IMG/VR virus record: IMGVR_UViG_3300028277_000001
Coordinates: 62,001-117,732 of that record
Direction: 5' to 3' (one strand)
DNA length: 55,732 nt
Origin: an uncultured virus (IMG/VR IMGVR_UViG_3300028277_000001)
Lineage: Duplodnaviria > Heunggongvirae > Uroviricota > Caudoviricetes
Position 1 is the stretch's first letter, and each line of letters starts with the position of its first letter. Made by a program: the position numbers and the translations under genes. The notes below the pieces were generated by a model, which made no database searches, was not told the DNA's origin, and was given only the letters and a program-made list of their open reading frames with translations. Shown piece by piece: positions 39,688-48,122 of this stretch.

Positions 39688-40890
39688 CTAAACAAACGCT
39701 TTTTGTTCATTTATCATAAATTTCAAATAGTTAAAATCATCTAATTCAGAAGCAATATACCATATTTGCTTCTGATTCGCCACATGAAAACAATTATACT
39801 GTATTTTTTCTCTAAATGTTTCTATTTTAGCAGTTAAGTGGTGAGTAGACATAGCTAAAATTGGTTTTATCTGTTTCATAATAGAATCAAATCTTTGATC
39901 AAATGATTTATCATCGAATGAATAATCAAACAATTCTTCATATAGATAAAACCCCGCTTTTTTCAAAAACTGATGCGAATTTCTTGCGCTTAATAATATA
40001 AAAGGTTTATTTAATGAAATAGGTTTAAAAGTTTTTTCTGTTAATGCAATGCTTTCATCAACATATGATTCTGTCACAAGGTCTATACAGCTCTGAATAT
40101 ATTCTAAAGGAACACATCTTTGAAAAGCATCATGCTTTGAAGCAAAAGTTTTTGATATATCTTTCTTTGATCGAAAATTTAGTGGAACTTCACTTTTTTT
40201 CATAAAAAGTAAGGGATCATATATTTCATTTAATTCTGTTAATTCATTTAATAATTCATTATCTTCATCATTATCAAAAACATCTTCCATTTGTTGAGGA
40301 TCTTCAAATGGATAATACGAATACATAAAATTTTCTATGCCACGCAGTGCTTTGATTGTTTTTATTCTCTGATGTTTTTTTGTACTGTTTAATGAAATAA
40401 CATTATATTTTGGTTCATACTCTATTTTTTTATCATCAACAGTTAAACTAAAATTGTTAATATTAACGCATCCTATCTTCGCATTTGAATGGGGTAATTC
40501 AGTTTGCGAAGCACTGGAGGATTCAATCTCATAATCATTAAAAAAACCATACATATAAGGATTAATTAATGGAATAATATCTGTTTTTATTTCATTACAA
40601 GAAATTATTTTTTTTAATCGGTTTAAATTAGACCATATGTTAAAATCTGAAGTGACATAATATACATTTTTATCTTTAAAATCCAGAGTTAAAATATTAT
40701 ATAAGGTATAATCATCAAACTCATCTAATGGAGCAAGTCTATCAGCTTCTGAATCAATGAAAATCACATTTTCGTCATCTGTTTGCAACACTTCATCTAT
40801 AATTGTCTGATCAGCCGAAACACATTTCAATGTTTCTATAACATTTTGTATCGGTACTGTATCAATACACTGGTCAACATGTATTCTCAT
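39688..40890 (-). CDS. Hypothetical protein, glycosyltransferase-like (TEK-motif family)
   Basis: VTES..LTEKTFKP..KPFI..YEELFDYSFD. Confidence 0.55.
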   Translation of the reverse strand: MRIHVDQCIDTVPIQNVIETLKCVSADQTIIDEVLQTDDENVIFIDSEADRLAPLDEFDDYTLYNILTLDFKDKNVYYVTSDFNIWSNLNRLKKIISCNEIKTDIIPLINPYMYGFFNDYEIESSSASQTELPHSNAKIGCVNINNFSLTVDDKKIEYEPKYNVISLNSTKKHQRIKTIKALRGIENFMYSYYPFEDPQQMEDVFDNDEDNELLNELTELNEIYDPLLFMKKSEVPLNFRSKKDISKTFASKHDAFQRCVPLEYIQSCIDLVTESYVDESIALTEKTFKPISLNKPFILLSARNSHQFLKKAGFYLYEELFDYSFDDKSFDQRFDSIMKQIKPILAMSTHHLTAKIETFREKIQYNCFHVANQKQIWYIASELDDFNYLKFMINEQKAFV

Positions 40891-42065
40891 AATAAAAGTT
40901 TTTTTCCATAATGAATTATTTTTAGTGGGACAAGATGTTTATTGGTTTTAAATTCTCTCCAGGGATCCACAACTATACTATCTTTATTAAAATTAAAATC
41001 ATAATGACATCCTCTATGGGCAAGTAAATATGTGCATGGAACATCATTCATATTTTCATCAAAACCCAGTTCAAAATTCGACAATTCATTTACATAATAT
41101 CCCACTAATAACGCATATGAACCATCAGTATAACTTATTTTTGGCTTAAACGACTTTCCCAATATAACAATCGGTAATTTGAAACTCACTAATTTTTCAG
41201 CCAATCTCTTTGCTTGAACCTCTCTAGAAGTCATAATTGCATCAAATAAATCATACCCTAAGTCTAATTTATTTACAAGAAATCTTAAAGCAATATTATC
41301 TCTGGGATGACAGGGACCACCATCTCCCATACCAGGCTTCATATATAATTTACTTATAATCCTCTGTGATGAATTTGACAACGCATTAGCAACTACATCA
41401 CAATCTACATTACCGTTTAGTTCTGCTACATCTTGTATCATATTAACTAAACTAACTTTAGCAGATATAAACGTATTATAAAATATTTTAATACATTCTG
41501 CTTCATCTAGGGTAACCAATTCAAATCTAGTTTTTTTCTTCTGTAAAATTTTTATATAAAACATTTTAAGATCATAAACAATACTTTGAAGTACATTATT
41601 CGATCCCATTATAATCATTTCAGGATTCAGCATATCCCAAGTTGTTGTACCCATAGCAATCAAATATGGATTGTATATAAAATTCACTCCTTTTTTGATT
41701 ATTGGCAAAAAGTCTTTTCTACAGGTTCCAGGTAAAACTGTACTAATTAATACAATAGTCTGACCCTCTCTAATATATTCGTTTATTTGAAGTAAAGCAT
41801 TGATTACGAATTCATACTGAAAATCTTTGGGATCTAAATGCGAGGAAGGCTTGGTTCCATCATAATCTTCATGATGAGGAGTTTCAACCGCTAAAAATAT
41901 AAAGTTGTTATATTGTATTGCATCTTTTATATTTTTATGAATAATAATTTTATTGCTTTTTTTCTCACGCAAATCAAAACCATGCACACAAATATCATCT
42001 TGGGCCATTGCTTCTGCACATTCTAATCCTAATTTACCCAATCCTATAAAACCAACATCAGTCAT
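40887..42065 (-). CDS. UDP-glucose/GDP-mannose dehydrogenase family protein
   Basis: GFIGLGKLG Rossmann motif, AVETP, STVLPGT, KIFYNT, GGPCHPRD; true start MTDVG at 42065. Confidence 0.9.
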   Translation of the reverse strand: MTDVGFIGLGKLGLECAEAMAQDDICVHGFDLREKKSNKIIIHKNIKDAIQYNNFIFLAVETPHHEDYDGTKPSSHLDPKDFQYEFVINALLQINEYIREGQTIVLISTVLPGTCRKDFLPIIKKGVNFIYNPYLIAMGTTTWDMLNPEMIIMGSNNVLQSIVYDLKMFYIKILQKKKTRFELVTLDEAECIKIFYNTFISAKVSLVNMIQDVAELNGNVDCDVVANALSNSSQRIISKLYMKPGMGDGGPCHPRDNIALRFLVNKLDLGYDLFDAIMTSREVQAKRLAEKLVSFKLPIVILGKSFKPKISYTDGSYALLVGYYVNELSNFELGFDENMNDVPCTYLLAHRGCHYDFNFNKDSIVVDPWREFKTNKHLVPLKIIHYGKKLLL

Positions 42066-42280
42066 AGATAAATTTTTCAAGTTTTTCTCCTTCGGTTTTA
42101 TATAGATTTTTATGAAAGGTTTCAGTGAGAGTGGTATCGTAGAAAAAATTTGATAATTTATTAAGCAGAACATCTACTTTTATTTACAACTGGTTATTCT
42201 ATCATATCAAACCACGCACGATAAAATAATGGATTACTCAGCTCATCGCCATAACTATCTCCAAAAATATAAACGATCAT
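42058..42280 (-). pseudogene. Internally deleted SGNH-like pseudogene
   Basis: ATG 42280: MIVYIFGDSYGDELSNPLFYRAWFDMIE*PVVNKSRCSA*; a second frame gives NKLSNFFYDTTLTETFHKNLYKTEGEKLEKFIYD* ending 42058; these match the N- and C-termini of the adjacent SGNH paralogs. Confidence 0.8.
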
Positions 42281-42281
42281 A

Positions 42282-43058
42282 TCATTCGTATATAAAATGG
42301 TCTCTGCCTAAAGAAGGATCATTCCAAGTTGTTAAAATATGTTTATTCCAGATATCATCCAATACAACAGAGTCTGTAGTGAAAAAATTCAAAAGTATAT
42401 TAGTTAAAATTCTATGATTACAAAAAGACAAATGATTAGCCCTGTAATTATGTTTATTGTCGTAATCTTTAAAATTAACAGATTCTTCTATGCTCACATG
42501 ATATAGTGGTTTGATATGAATATTAAAATATTCATCATTTAATTTGCTCAATTCATAAATTTCTTTAACATTAACATAATCATGAACCCCTGTCCTATTA
42601 AATCCAAAACATAAAAAAACCATGATCTTAATTTTTTTTAACTGCGATAATACCTTTAAAAAATAAATGTTTTTTATATTTGCTCTAAAAATTTCTTCTT
42701 TTAAAATTTTATGAGTAAATAAAATTTCATATTCTAAAGATTTTAAAACAGTATCTTTATCTCCTCTTAATACATCCAAACAAATGGGTTGATTATATAA
42801 ATCTATCGGTAGTCTATATTGACAAGATAAAAAAAATATTACTTTATCGGTTATTTTTTTAGTTTCAAAACATTCATAAAAATCTTCAAATATCGTATAT
42901 GGCCCCAACCCACCTTCTGCAAAAGTATGAACTTTTTCTCCTGTTTCGTTCTCCAAAATATCATACCACAAATCTCCTGTTTTCCCATTGAAATAATGGG
43001 GATCTTTTGGAGACCCATCTATTGTCGCAAAACTATCACCGAAAATAAAATAAGTCAT
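42282..43058 (-). CDS. SGNH/GDSL hydrolase-like protein
   Basis: IFGDSF; GGLGP; RANHLSFCNH; ends FIYE. Confidence 0.7.
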   Translation of the reverse strand: MTYFIFGDSFATIDGSPKDPHYFNGKTGDLWYDILENETGEKVHTFAEGGLGPYTIFEDFYECFETKKITDKVIFFLSCQYRLPIDLYNQPICLDVLRGDKDTVLKSLEYEILFTHKILKEEIFRANIKNIYFLKVLSQLKKIKIMVFLCFGFNRTGVHDYVNVKEIYELSKLNDEYFNIHIKPLYHVSIEESVNFKDYDNKHNYRANHLSFCNHRILTNILLNFFTTDSVVLDDIWNKHILTTWNDPSLGRDHFIYE

Positions 43059-43882
43059 TCGTAAATATAATCCACCTTTTTAGTTAATTCATGATATTCA
43101 TCTAAAAAATTAGACTTAAATTCTACCTTTGACCTTAAACCTTTTTCAAAAAAATCGATCATTGCTTTAGCTATTTTATTATGATTCACCTCACTAAAAT
43201 GATTTAATCTGATATCGTTCATATAAATTTTTTCACCTTTTACAAACTTATATGTTACGGGTTCATCAAAATGACATTCTTCATGGTCATAAAATTCTTC
43301 TATTGTCAAAATATTAAAAGGATATTCGAAATAATAGAAATTTTTTGAATTTAAAATATTCAATTGATTATCATCATTAATAAATCCACCATTTGCTTCT
43401 TCAACCTTATCTATACCAAAAGTTAGAGCAACAAAAAATTTAGAATCTGGTAAAAAAAATTCAGACAAACAATATAATAAAAATAAATTTTTATAATTAG
43501 TTAGTCTCATTTCATTAGAATATGTTTTATAAAAAAAATCAACCCTTTTTTTATTCTCTTCTGATAAACTATCTGAGTACAAATACTGTAATCCCATATG
43601 CTTATCCTCTTCTGAAAGAAAATCAAAATCTATTCTTTCTGGGGCAGATAAAAGAAAAATAAATTTATCACCATTTAAATTGAACAACCCCTTTTTATCA
43701 CCGCATAATTGCATAAATTTTTTAAACGTATAATCAGGACCCGAACCAGCTCGAGCAAAATTTACCAACTCTTCATCAAAATACTTCGAAACCTGACGAT
43801 AATAAAGATACTCTGTTTCTTTATAACCCTTTCCGGTAGGTGCTGATCCAAAACTATCTCCAAATAGATATATCATGTTCAA
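43055..43882 (-). CDS. SGNH/GDSL hydrolase-like protein
   Basis: LFGDSF; AGSGP; RLNHFSEVNH; ends YIYE. Confidence 0.7.
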   Translation of the reverse strand: MNMIYLFGDSFGSAPTGKGYKETEYLYYRQVSKYFDEELVNFARAGSGPDYTFKKFMQLCGDKKGLFNLNGDKFIFLLSAPERIDFDFLSEEDKHMGLQYLYSDSLSEENKKRVDFFYKTYSNEMRLTNYKNLFLLYCLSEFFLPDSKFFVALTFGIDKVEEANGGFINDDNQLNILNSKNFYYFEYPFNILTIEEFYDHEECHFDEPVTYKFVKGEKIYMNDIRLNHFSEVNHNKIAKAMIDFFEKGLRSKVEFKSNFLDEYHELTKKVDYIYE

Positions 43883-44202
43883 TATTCATTATATTTTTGT
43901 AATAAGCATTGTTTTTTACAACATTGCGGAGTTGTTTCTAATTTTTGCCATTTCTCAACTGTAATATATTCTCTAAATGTTTTTATTATTTCGTCTATTG
44001 AATGATGTTTTAAAGAATTCCAATTCTTAGGTAATCCATCCAAATATTCATCATAAAAAGTTCCATCTAAAAAATGAAATGCATGAAGAGTGCAACAAGG
44101 ATATACGTGTAAATCACTAGAAATTTCTATTTCGGTCCAGTCATTAACAATAAGCCCTCGATCTCCATGGTTTATACAATACACTACTCTTTCCATGTGC
44201 AA
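43879..44202 (-). CDS. Stand-alone twitch/SPASM Fe-S domain protein
   Basis: VYC..ISSDLHVYPCC..NSLKHHSIDEII..CCKKQC matches the C-terminal domain of the type A enzymes. Confidence 0.75.
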   Translation of the reverse strand: MHMERVVYCINHGDRGLIVNDWTEIEISSDLHVYPCCTLHAFHFLDGTFYDEYLDGLPKNWNSLKHHSIDEIIKTFREYITVEKWQKLETTPQCCKKQCLLQKYNEY

Positions 44203-44468
44203 TTATCTTTACATAAAGGGGGACAGTTATCACTATTCCAAACATCTTCATTTAAAACCTCTTTAAATTGTTTTAAAATATTTTCTAACTTATTAGTTTT
44301 AAGCGAAGTATCAATATGAATTAATACAGTTTCATTTATAATTTTATCTAGACCAATGCCTAGTTTATTTAAATAAAAAAAACAACATGGATATATATTC
44401 AGACCCAAATCTATTTCATATTGTTTCCATTGTTTTAACTCATAATTATAGAAATCACAGTTTATCAT
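44184..44468 (-). CDS. Stand-alone twitch/SPASM Fe-S domain protein
   Basis: INC..IDLGLNIYPCC..SLKTNKLENIL..CPPLCKDNC. Confidence 0.75.
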   Translation of the reverse strand: MINCDFYNYELKQWKQYEIDLGLNIYPCCFFYLNKLGIGLDKIINETVLIHIDTSLKTNKLENILKQFKEVLNEDVWNSDNCPPLCKDNCTWKE

Positions 44469-45160
44469 AGATTAACATAGTTACATTGATGATCTTTTAC
44501 ATCATATTTGTTTAAAATATTTTTCAATTTAATTAAATTTTTTTCTGTTATTTTTAAACAATCTCTCTCATTAATTCTCACCTGCAATTTTATGTTTTTT
44601 TCTCTAGCTAATGCTATAACCTGTTCCACTTCTTGAAAATTATGATCAAATACTGTAAAATCCCATTTTGTAACACGTTGTTTGGCGGATTTAAACATAT
44701 TAGCAAAAGCAAGACTGGTATTAACACCTATTCTATATAATTTATTTGTTTCATGTGTTAAACCATCAATAGCAAACACTAAAAATAACTTTTTATTTTT
44801 TTGTAAAAAAGAATTAATCCATTCGGGAGTTTTTAATCCACCATTCGTATACAATTCTACTCGATCAAAAAAATTTGAAGCTGATATAACCAATTGATCT
44901 ATTTTCGGATGCAGTAAAGGATCACCCAATTCTCCGCAAAACTTCGCAACAATATTATCAGATAGTCTTATGTTTTTTAAATATTTTACATTTTCCCACA
45001 GAAAATTATCAAAATCATCTATTGACAAATGTTTTAATTTTAAATTTTTATCAATAGTTCTAAAACAACTTGGGCATTTAGCATTACAATATGATGTTAT
45101 TTCAAAATTAAATAAAATGAATCTTTGTGCTTTATATCCATCTACGTGTACAACCTCCAT
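44465..45160 (-). CDS. Radical SAM core (type A) without twitch domain
   Basis: EITSYCNAKCPSC; CGELGDP; TNGG; AIDG; FDHN. Confidence 0.88.
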   Translation of the reverse strand: MEVVHVDGYKAQRFILFNFEITSYCNAKCPSCFRTIDKNLKLKHLSIDDFDNFLWENVKYLKNIRLSDNIVAKFCGELGDPLLHPKIDQLVISASNFFDRVELYTNGGLKTPEWINSFLQKNKKLFLVFAIDGLTHETNKLYRIGVNTSLAFANMFKSAKQRVTKWDFTVFDHNFQEVEQVIALAREKNIKLQVRINERDCLKITEKNLIKLKNILNKYDVKDHQCNYVNL

Positions 45161-45879
45161 TAATTACCCAGAGTAAGAGTGCTTACTCCCCCCTCATGTT
45201 TATGTTTTTCGTATAAATAGGTAGCCATACGTTTTCGCTTTTCGTTTATAAGAAATTTTGGTCTTTGATTAAATTTTAAATGAATAGTTATATTATTAGT
45301 TTTCGCAAACGACAATGCATCAGGAATTTCGAAAAAATTATGATTAAAAATTAAAAATTGCCAATAAGTATTGACCCAACCGTTTTTTGTATTAGCAAAA
45401 GCGGCCATATTTGATAAAGCCCGTTCCGTCCTTACTCTTCTTCGATATATTTGATTAGTGTCATCTTTCATACCATCTATTGAAAAAATCATTTCTAAAT
45501 TTTTATACCGTGTACCGAGTTCTTTATAAAAATCAGATTTTCTATTTCCACCGTTTGTAACAATTTTTAAAGTTCCGAAAATAGAACATCCATAATCAAT
45601 AAATTTCATAACTTGAGGATGAACCATAGCATCACCCAATTCCCCCTCAAAAGTAACCACATATCCTTTAAAATTATGCATGTTTTTCTCAATAACCTCC
45701 TTAAAATCCTCAAATTTTATATGTAATTGTCTTAAACTGGGATGTAATTTTTGATTTGGATCCACAGATGAATCCAGAGGAATAGGATCAGAATATGTTC
45801 CATATCTTTTACAAGAAGGACATGCCGCATTACAATAACTTGAAATTGAAAAATCATAAATAATATTTTTATTAATCAT
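45160..45879 (-). CDS. Radical SAM core (type A) without twitch domain
   Basis: CNAACPSC; GELGD; TNGG; SIDG; WQFLIFNHN. Confidence 0.88.
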   Translation of the reverse strand: MINKNIIYDFSISSYCNAACPSCKRYGTYSDPIPLDSSVDPNQKLHPSLRQLHIKFEDFKEVIEKNMHNFKGYVVTFEGELGDAMVHPQVMKFIDYGCSIFGTLKIVTNGGNRKSDFYKELGTRYKNLEMIFSIDGMKDDTNQIYRRRVRTERALSNMAAFANTKNGWVNTYWQFLIFNHNFFEIPDALSFAKTNNITIHLKFNQRPKFLINEKRKRMATYLYEKHKHEGGVSTLTLGN

Positions 45880-45889
45880 ACAGTATATA

Positions 45890-46534
45890 TTATGAATAAT
45901 TATTTCTAAGCTCTATAAACTTATCAATCCAATTATCCCTATGTTCAATAAAAACTTGTGGCACGTCATCTGCTACAGCAATAATTATTGCAATATAGGG
46001 TATAGGTATACCCGACATTTCTTCCCACATAACAGAATAAGCAGAACATTGCATAAAATAATTATCAATCCATTCTTCTTTTTTGGGTTTACTAGAAGTC
46101 TTAAAATCGATTATGTGATTTTTTCCACGAAATTTACCAATACAATCAACTCTTCCAGCGGTTTTTAAATGATTTGAAAATAATGCACGTTCTTGCCCAT
46201 AAACCAATTCTATTTCATCAAGAATTGGTTGAATACTTTTAAACATAACAACATTATCAGGTGTACATTTGTCAAATGACAAATCATTATTTAAATAATT
46301 TTCACAAAGTTTATGGACTCTTGTTCCACGACGAGAAGCTTGAGTGGAAATTTTATTGGCTTCTTTTTCTCCAACACGCTTTCTCCATTTAATTATACCT
46401 TCTTTTTTATAATTAGAAAGTATAGTAGTGACGGAAGGATACTTTTCACCAGCAGGAGTAATATAATATCTTTTTCCGTTTTCATTTAACGTTTTTAAGT
46501 CTAAATCTCCAAAAACATTTTCATGTATAAACAT
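45890..46534 (-). CDS. PD-(D/E)XK exonuclease (Cas4-like fold, typical of T4-like phages)
   Basis: YPSVTTIL, RGT.VH..CE, GRVDC, IIDFKT, YFMQCSAY. Confidence 0.85.
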   Translation of the reverse strand: MFIHENVFGDLDLKTLNENGKRYYITPAGEKYPSVTTILSNYKKEGIIKWRKRVGEKEANKISTQASRRGTRVHKLCENYLNNDLSFDKCTPDNVVMFKSIQPILDEIELVYGQERALFSNHLKTAGRVDCIGKFRGKNHIIDFKTSSKPKKEEWIDNYFMQCSAYSVMWEEMSGIPIPYIAIIIAVADDVPQVFIEHRDNWIDKFIELRNNYS

Positions 46535-46821
46535 TATTCAATTACATTGAGGGTGCTACCATGATGTGCATTTTTTATTTCTTTTAACTTATCATTAAAA
46601 GAAGCATCTGGTTTATTGGGTCCTATATTATCATAAGCAAATCCTGGAGCAAAAATTCTCAGCTTAATATCACATTTTACACCACTTGAATGTGATGAAC
46701 CCTTTACCTTACATTCGGGATGAGGTTGAGAACGAATTAACGGCTCTTTTCTCATATCAATAGGTAAAAACTCTTCAAAGGTTAACCCGCATTTAACACA
46801 TTCGTAATCATACGTTGGCAT
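46534..46821 (-). CDS. FmdB-like zinc-ribbon protein
   Basis: MPTYDYECVKCG..FEE; AAGGA RBS. Confidence 0.75.
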   Translation of the reverse strand: MPTYDYECVKCGLTFEEFLPIDMRKEPLIRSQPHPECKVKGSSHSSGVKCDIKLRIFAPGFAYDNIGPNKPDASFNDKLKEIKNAHHGSTLNVIE

Positions 46822-46851
46822 AATATTATTCCTTATTAAAACACAAAATTA

Positions 46852-47568
46852 TCAAACGAATTCCATGTTTTTTGACATTGACATATATTGTTGTTTAGTA
46901 TTAATAAATTGAACTGAATCGTTATCTAATATCACACTAATATTATCAAGCTGTTTAGGAATAACATTATCAAATAAACACATATCTTTATTTCCGATTA
47001 CATTAAATATCATTGGATTTAAATAACACGCTCCTGATGTTGCTAAAAGCTGTTTATTCAATTTATATTCGGGCTTAACTATAATTTTTTCTATTTTATC
47101 AGAACCGTTTTTATATTTAATGAAATTTTTATATTTACCATCTTCCATGGTCATATGTGACAAAATAGAAATTATTTTTCCATTATTTTTATGAACATTA
47201 TAATAATTTTCTATATCAAAATTATATAAATTGTCACCATCCAAAAATAAAAAATCTCCTCCATCTAATTTATGACTTAATGATTTTAAAGTTTGAGCTG
47301 TTCCTACACATTTAGAAAGTTTATGTGTATTAATTTTTAAATCTGATGAAAACAATATTTCAATTTGATATTTATTTAATGCTAATTCAATTTGATTGTG
47401 ATGATATTTTGTCGCAACAATTACTTCATCAATATCATATTTTTGCAACCATTCAAGATTGTGAAATAGAATCGATTTCGTTTTTATTGACAATAAACAC
47501 TTTGGCATCATATCTGTAAAGGGCCGTAACTCTATATTCATGCCAGTACAATTCATCAATACTTTCAT
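46852..47568 (-). CDS. NDP-sugar pyrophosphorylase/nucleotidyltransferase-like protein with degenerate signature
   Basis: LRPFT..PKCLL, GTA, FLDGD; the GxGTRL loop reads CTGMNIEL. Confidence 0.75.
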   Translation of the reverse strand: MKVLMNCTGMNIELRPFTDMMPKCLLSIKTKSILFHNLEWLQKYDIDEVIVATKYHHNQIELALNKYQIEILFSSDLKINTHKLSKCVGTAQTLKSLSHKLDGGDFLFLDGDNLYNFDIENYYNVHKNNGKIISILSHMTMEDGKYKNFIKYKNGSDKIEKIIVKPEYKLNKQLLATSGACYLNPMIFNVIGNKDMCLFDNVIPKQLDNISVILDNDSVQFINTKQQYMSMSKNMEFV

Positions 47569-48113
47569 TTTTTAGATTTCTCATTATTCTTAGGTATTGA
47601 TTTTTCAGTTTTCGAAAAACGGCCCTGATTATCTCTTTCGGGTTCGGGACTGGGTTGTTGAACTCCCTCCGGGAAAGAGTTATAAGCCACACTATGAGTA
47701 ATTTTATCATATTTTTCTTGAAGTTTTTTATCCTTCATATACCAAAGATCATCAGCTTCAGAAGGATGCAACGAGCTAACTAATGAATGCCAAAGGGTTT
47801 CTCGCTTTAAGCTAGTCAAAGTTGGATGTCCGCCCTCGACAAATAAATACATTTTTCTTACTTCATAATTCAATGTAGCACCATCATCATTAGCTCCCAA
47901 ATTTGGGAAATAACTATTTTGCGGTTCAAAGTCTTCCGTTCTTAAAGTTGGTCGACCTTCAGGAAGAAGGAATTTTATATCTGAATTAAAATTACATATT
48001 AACAGTTGTCGTACTGCCTTAGTGTGGTGATGCCGTAAATAATTAATACGTTCTTCATCTGTAGATAACTCATTTGCATGAGAAAAAATCTCGCTTGTCA
48101 TTTGTGCAGTCAT
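47565..48113 (-). CDS. Conserved T4-like phage protein (DUF6433-like)
   Basis: FLLPEG, LKRETL, LHPSEA..KDKKL; position next to RNase H; GGAG RBS. Confidence 0.65.
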   Translation of the reverse strand: MTAQMTSEIFSHANELSTDEERINYLRHHHTKAVRQLLICNFNSDIKFLLPEGRPTLRTEDFEPQNSYFPNLGANDDGATLNYEVRKMYLFVEGGHPTLTSLKRETLWHSLVSSLHPSEADDLWYMKDKKLQEKYDKITHSVAYNSFPEGVQQPSPEPERDNQGRFSKTEKSIPKNNEKSKK

Positions 48114-48122
48114 AATATTCTC

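Noticed and set aside
45890..46534. Cas4-like nuclease as sign of a CRISPR-Cas system
   Set aside because: No repeat-spacer array or other cas genes seen; this nuclease type is a normal T4-like phage gene
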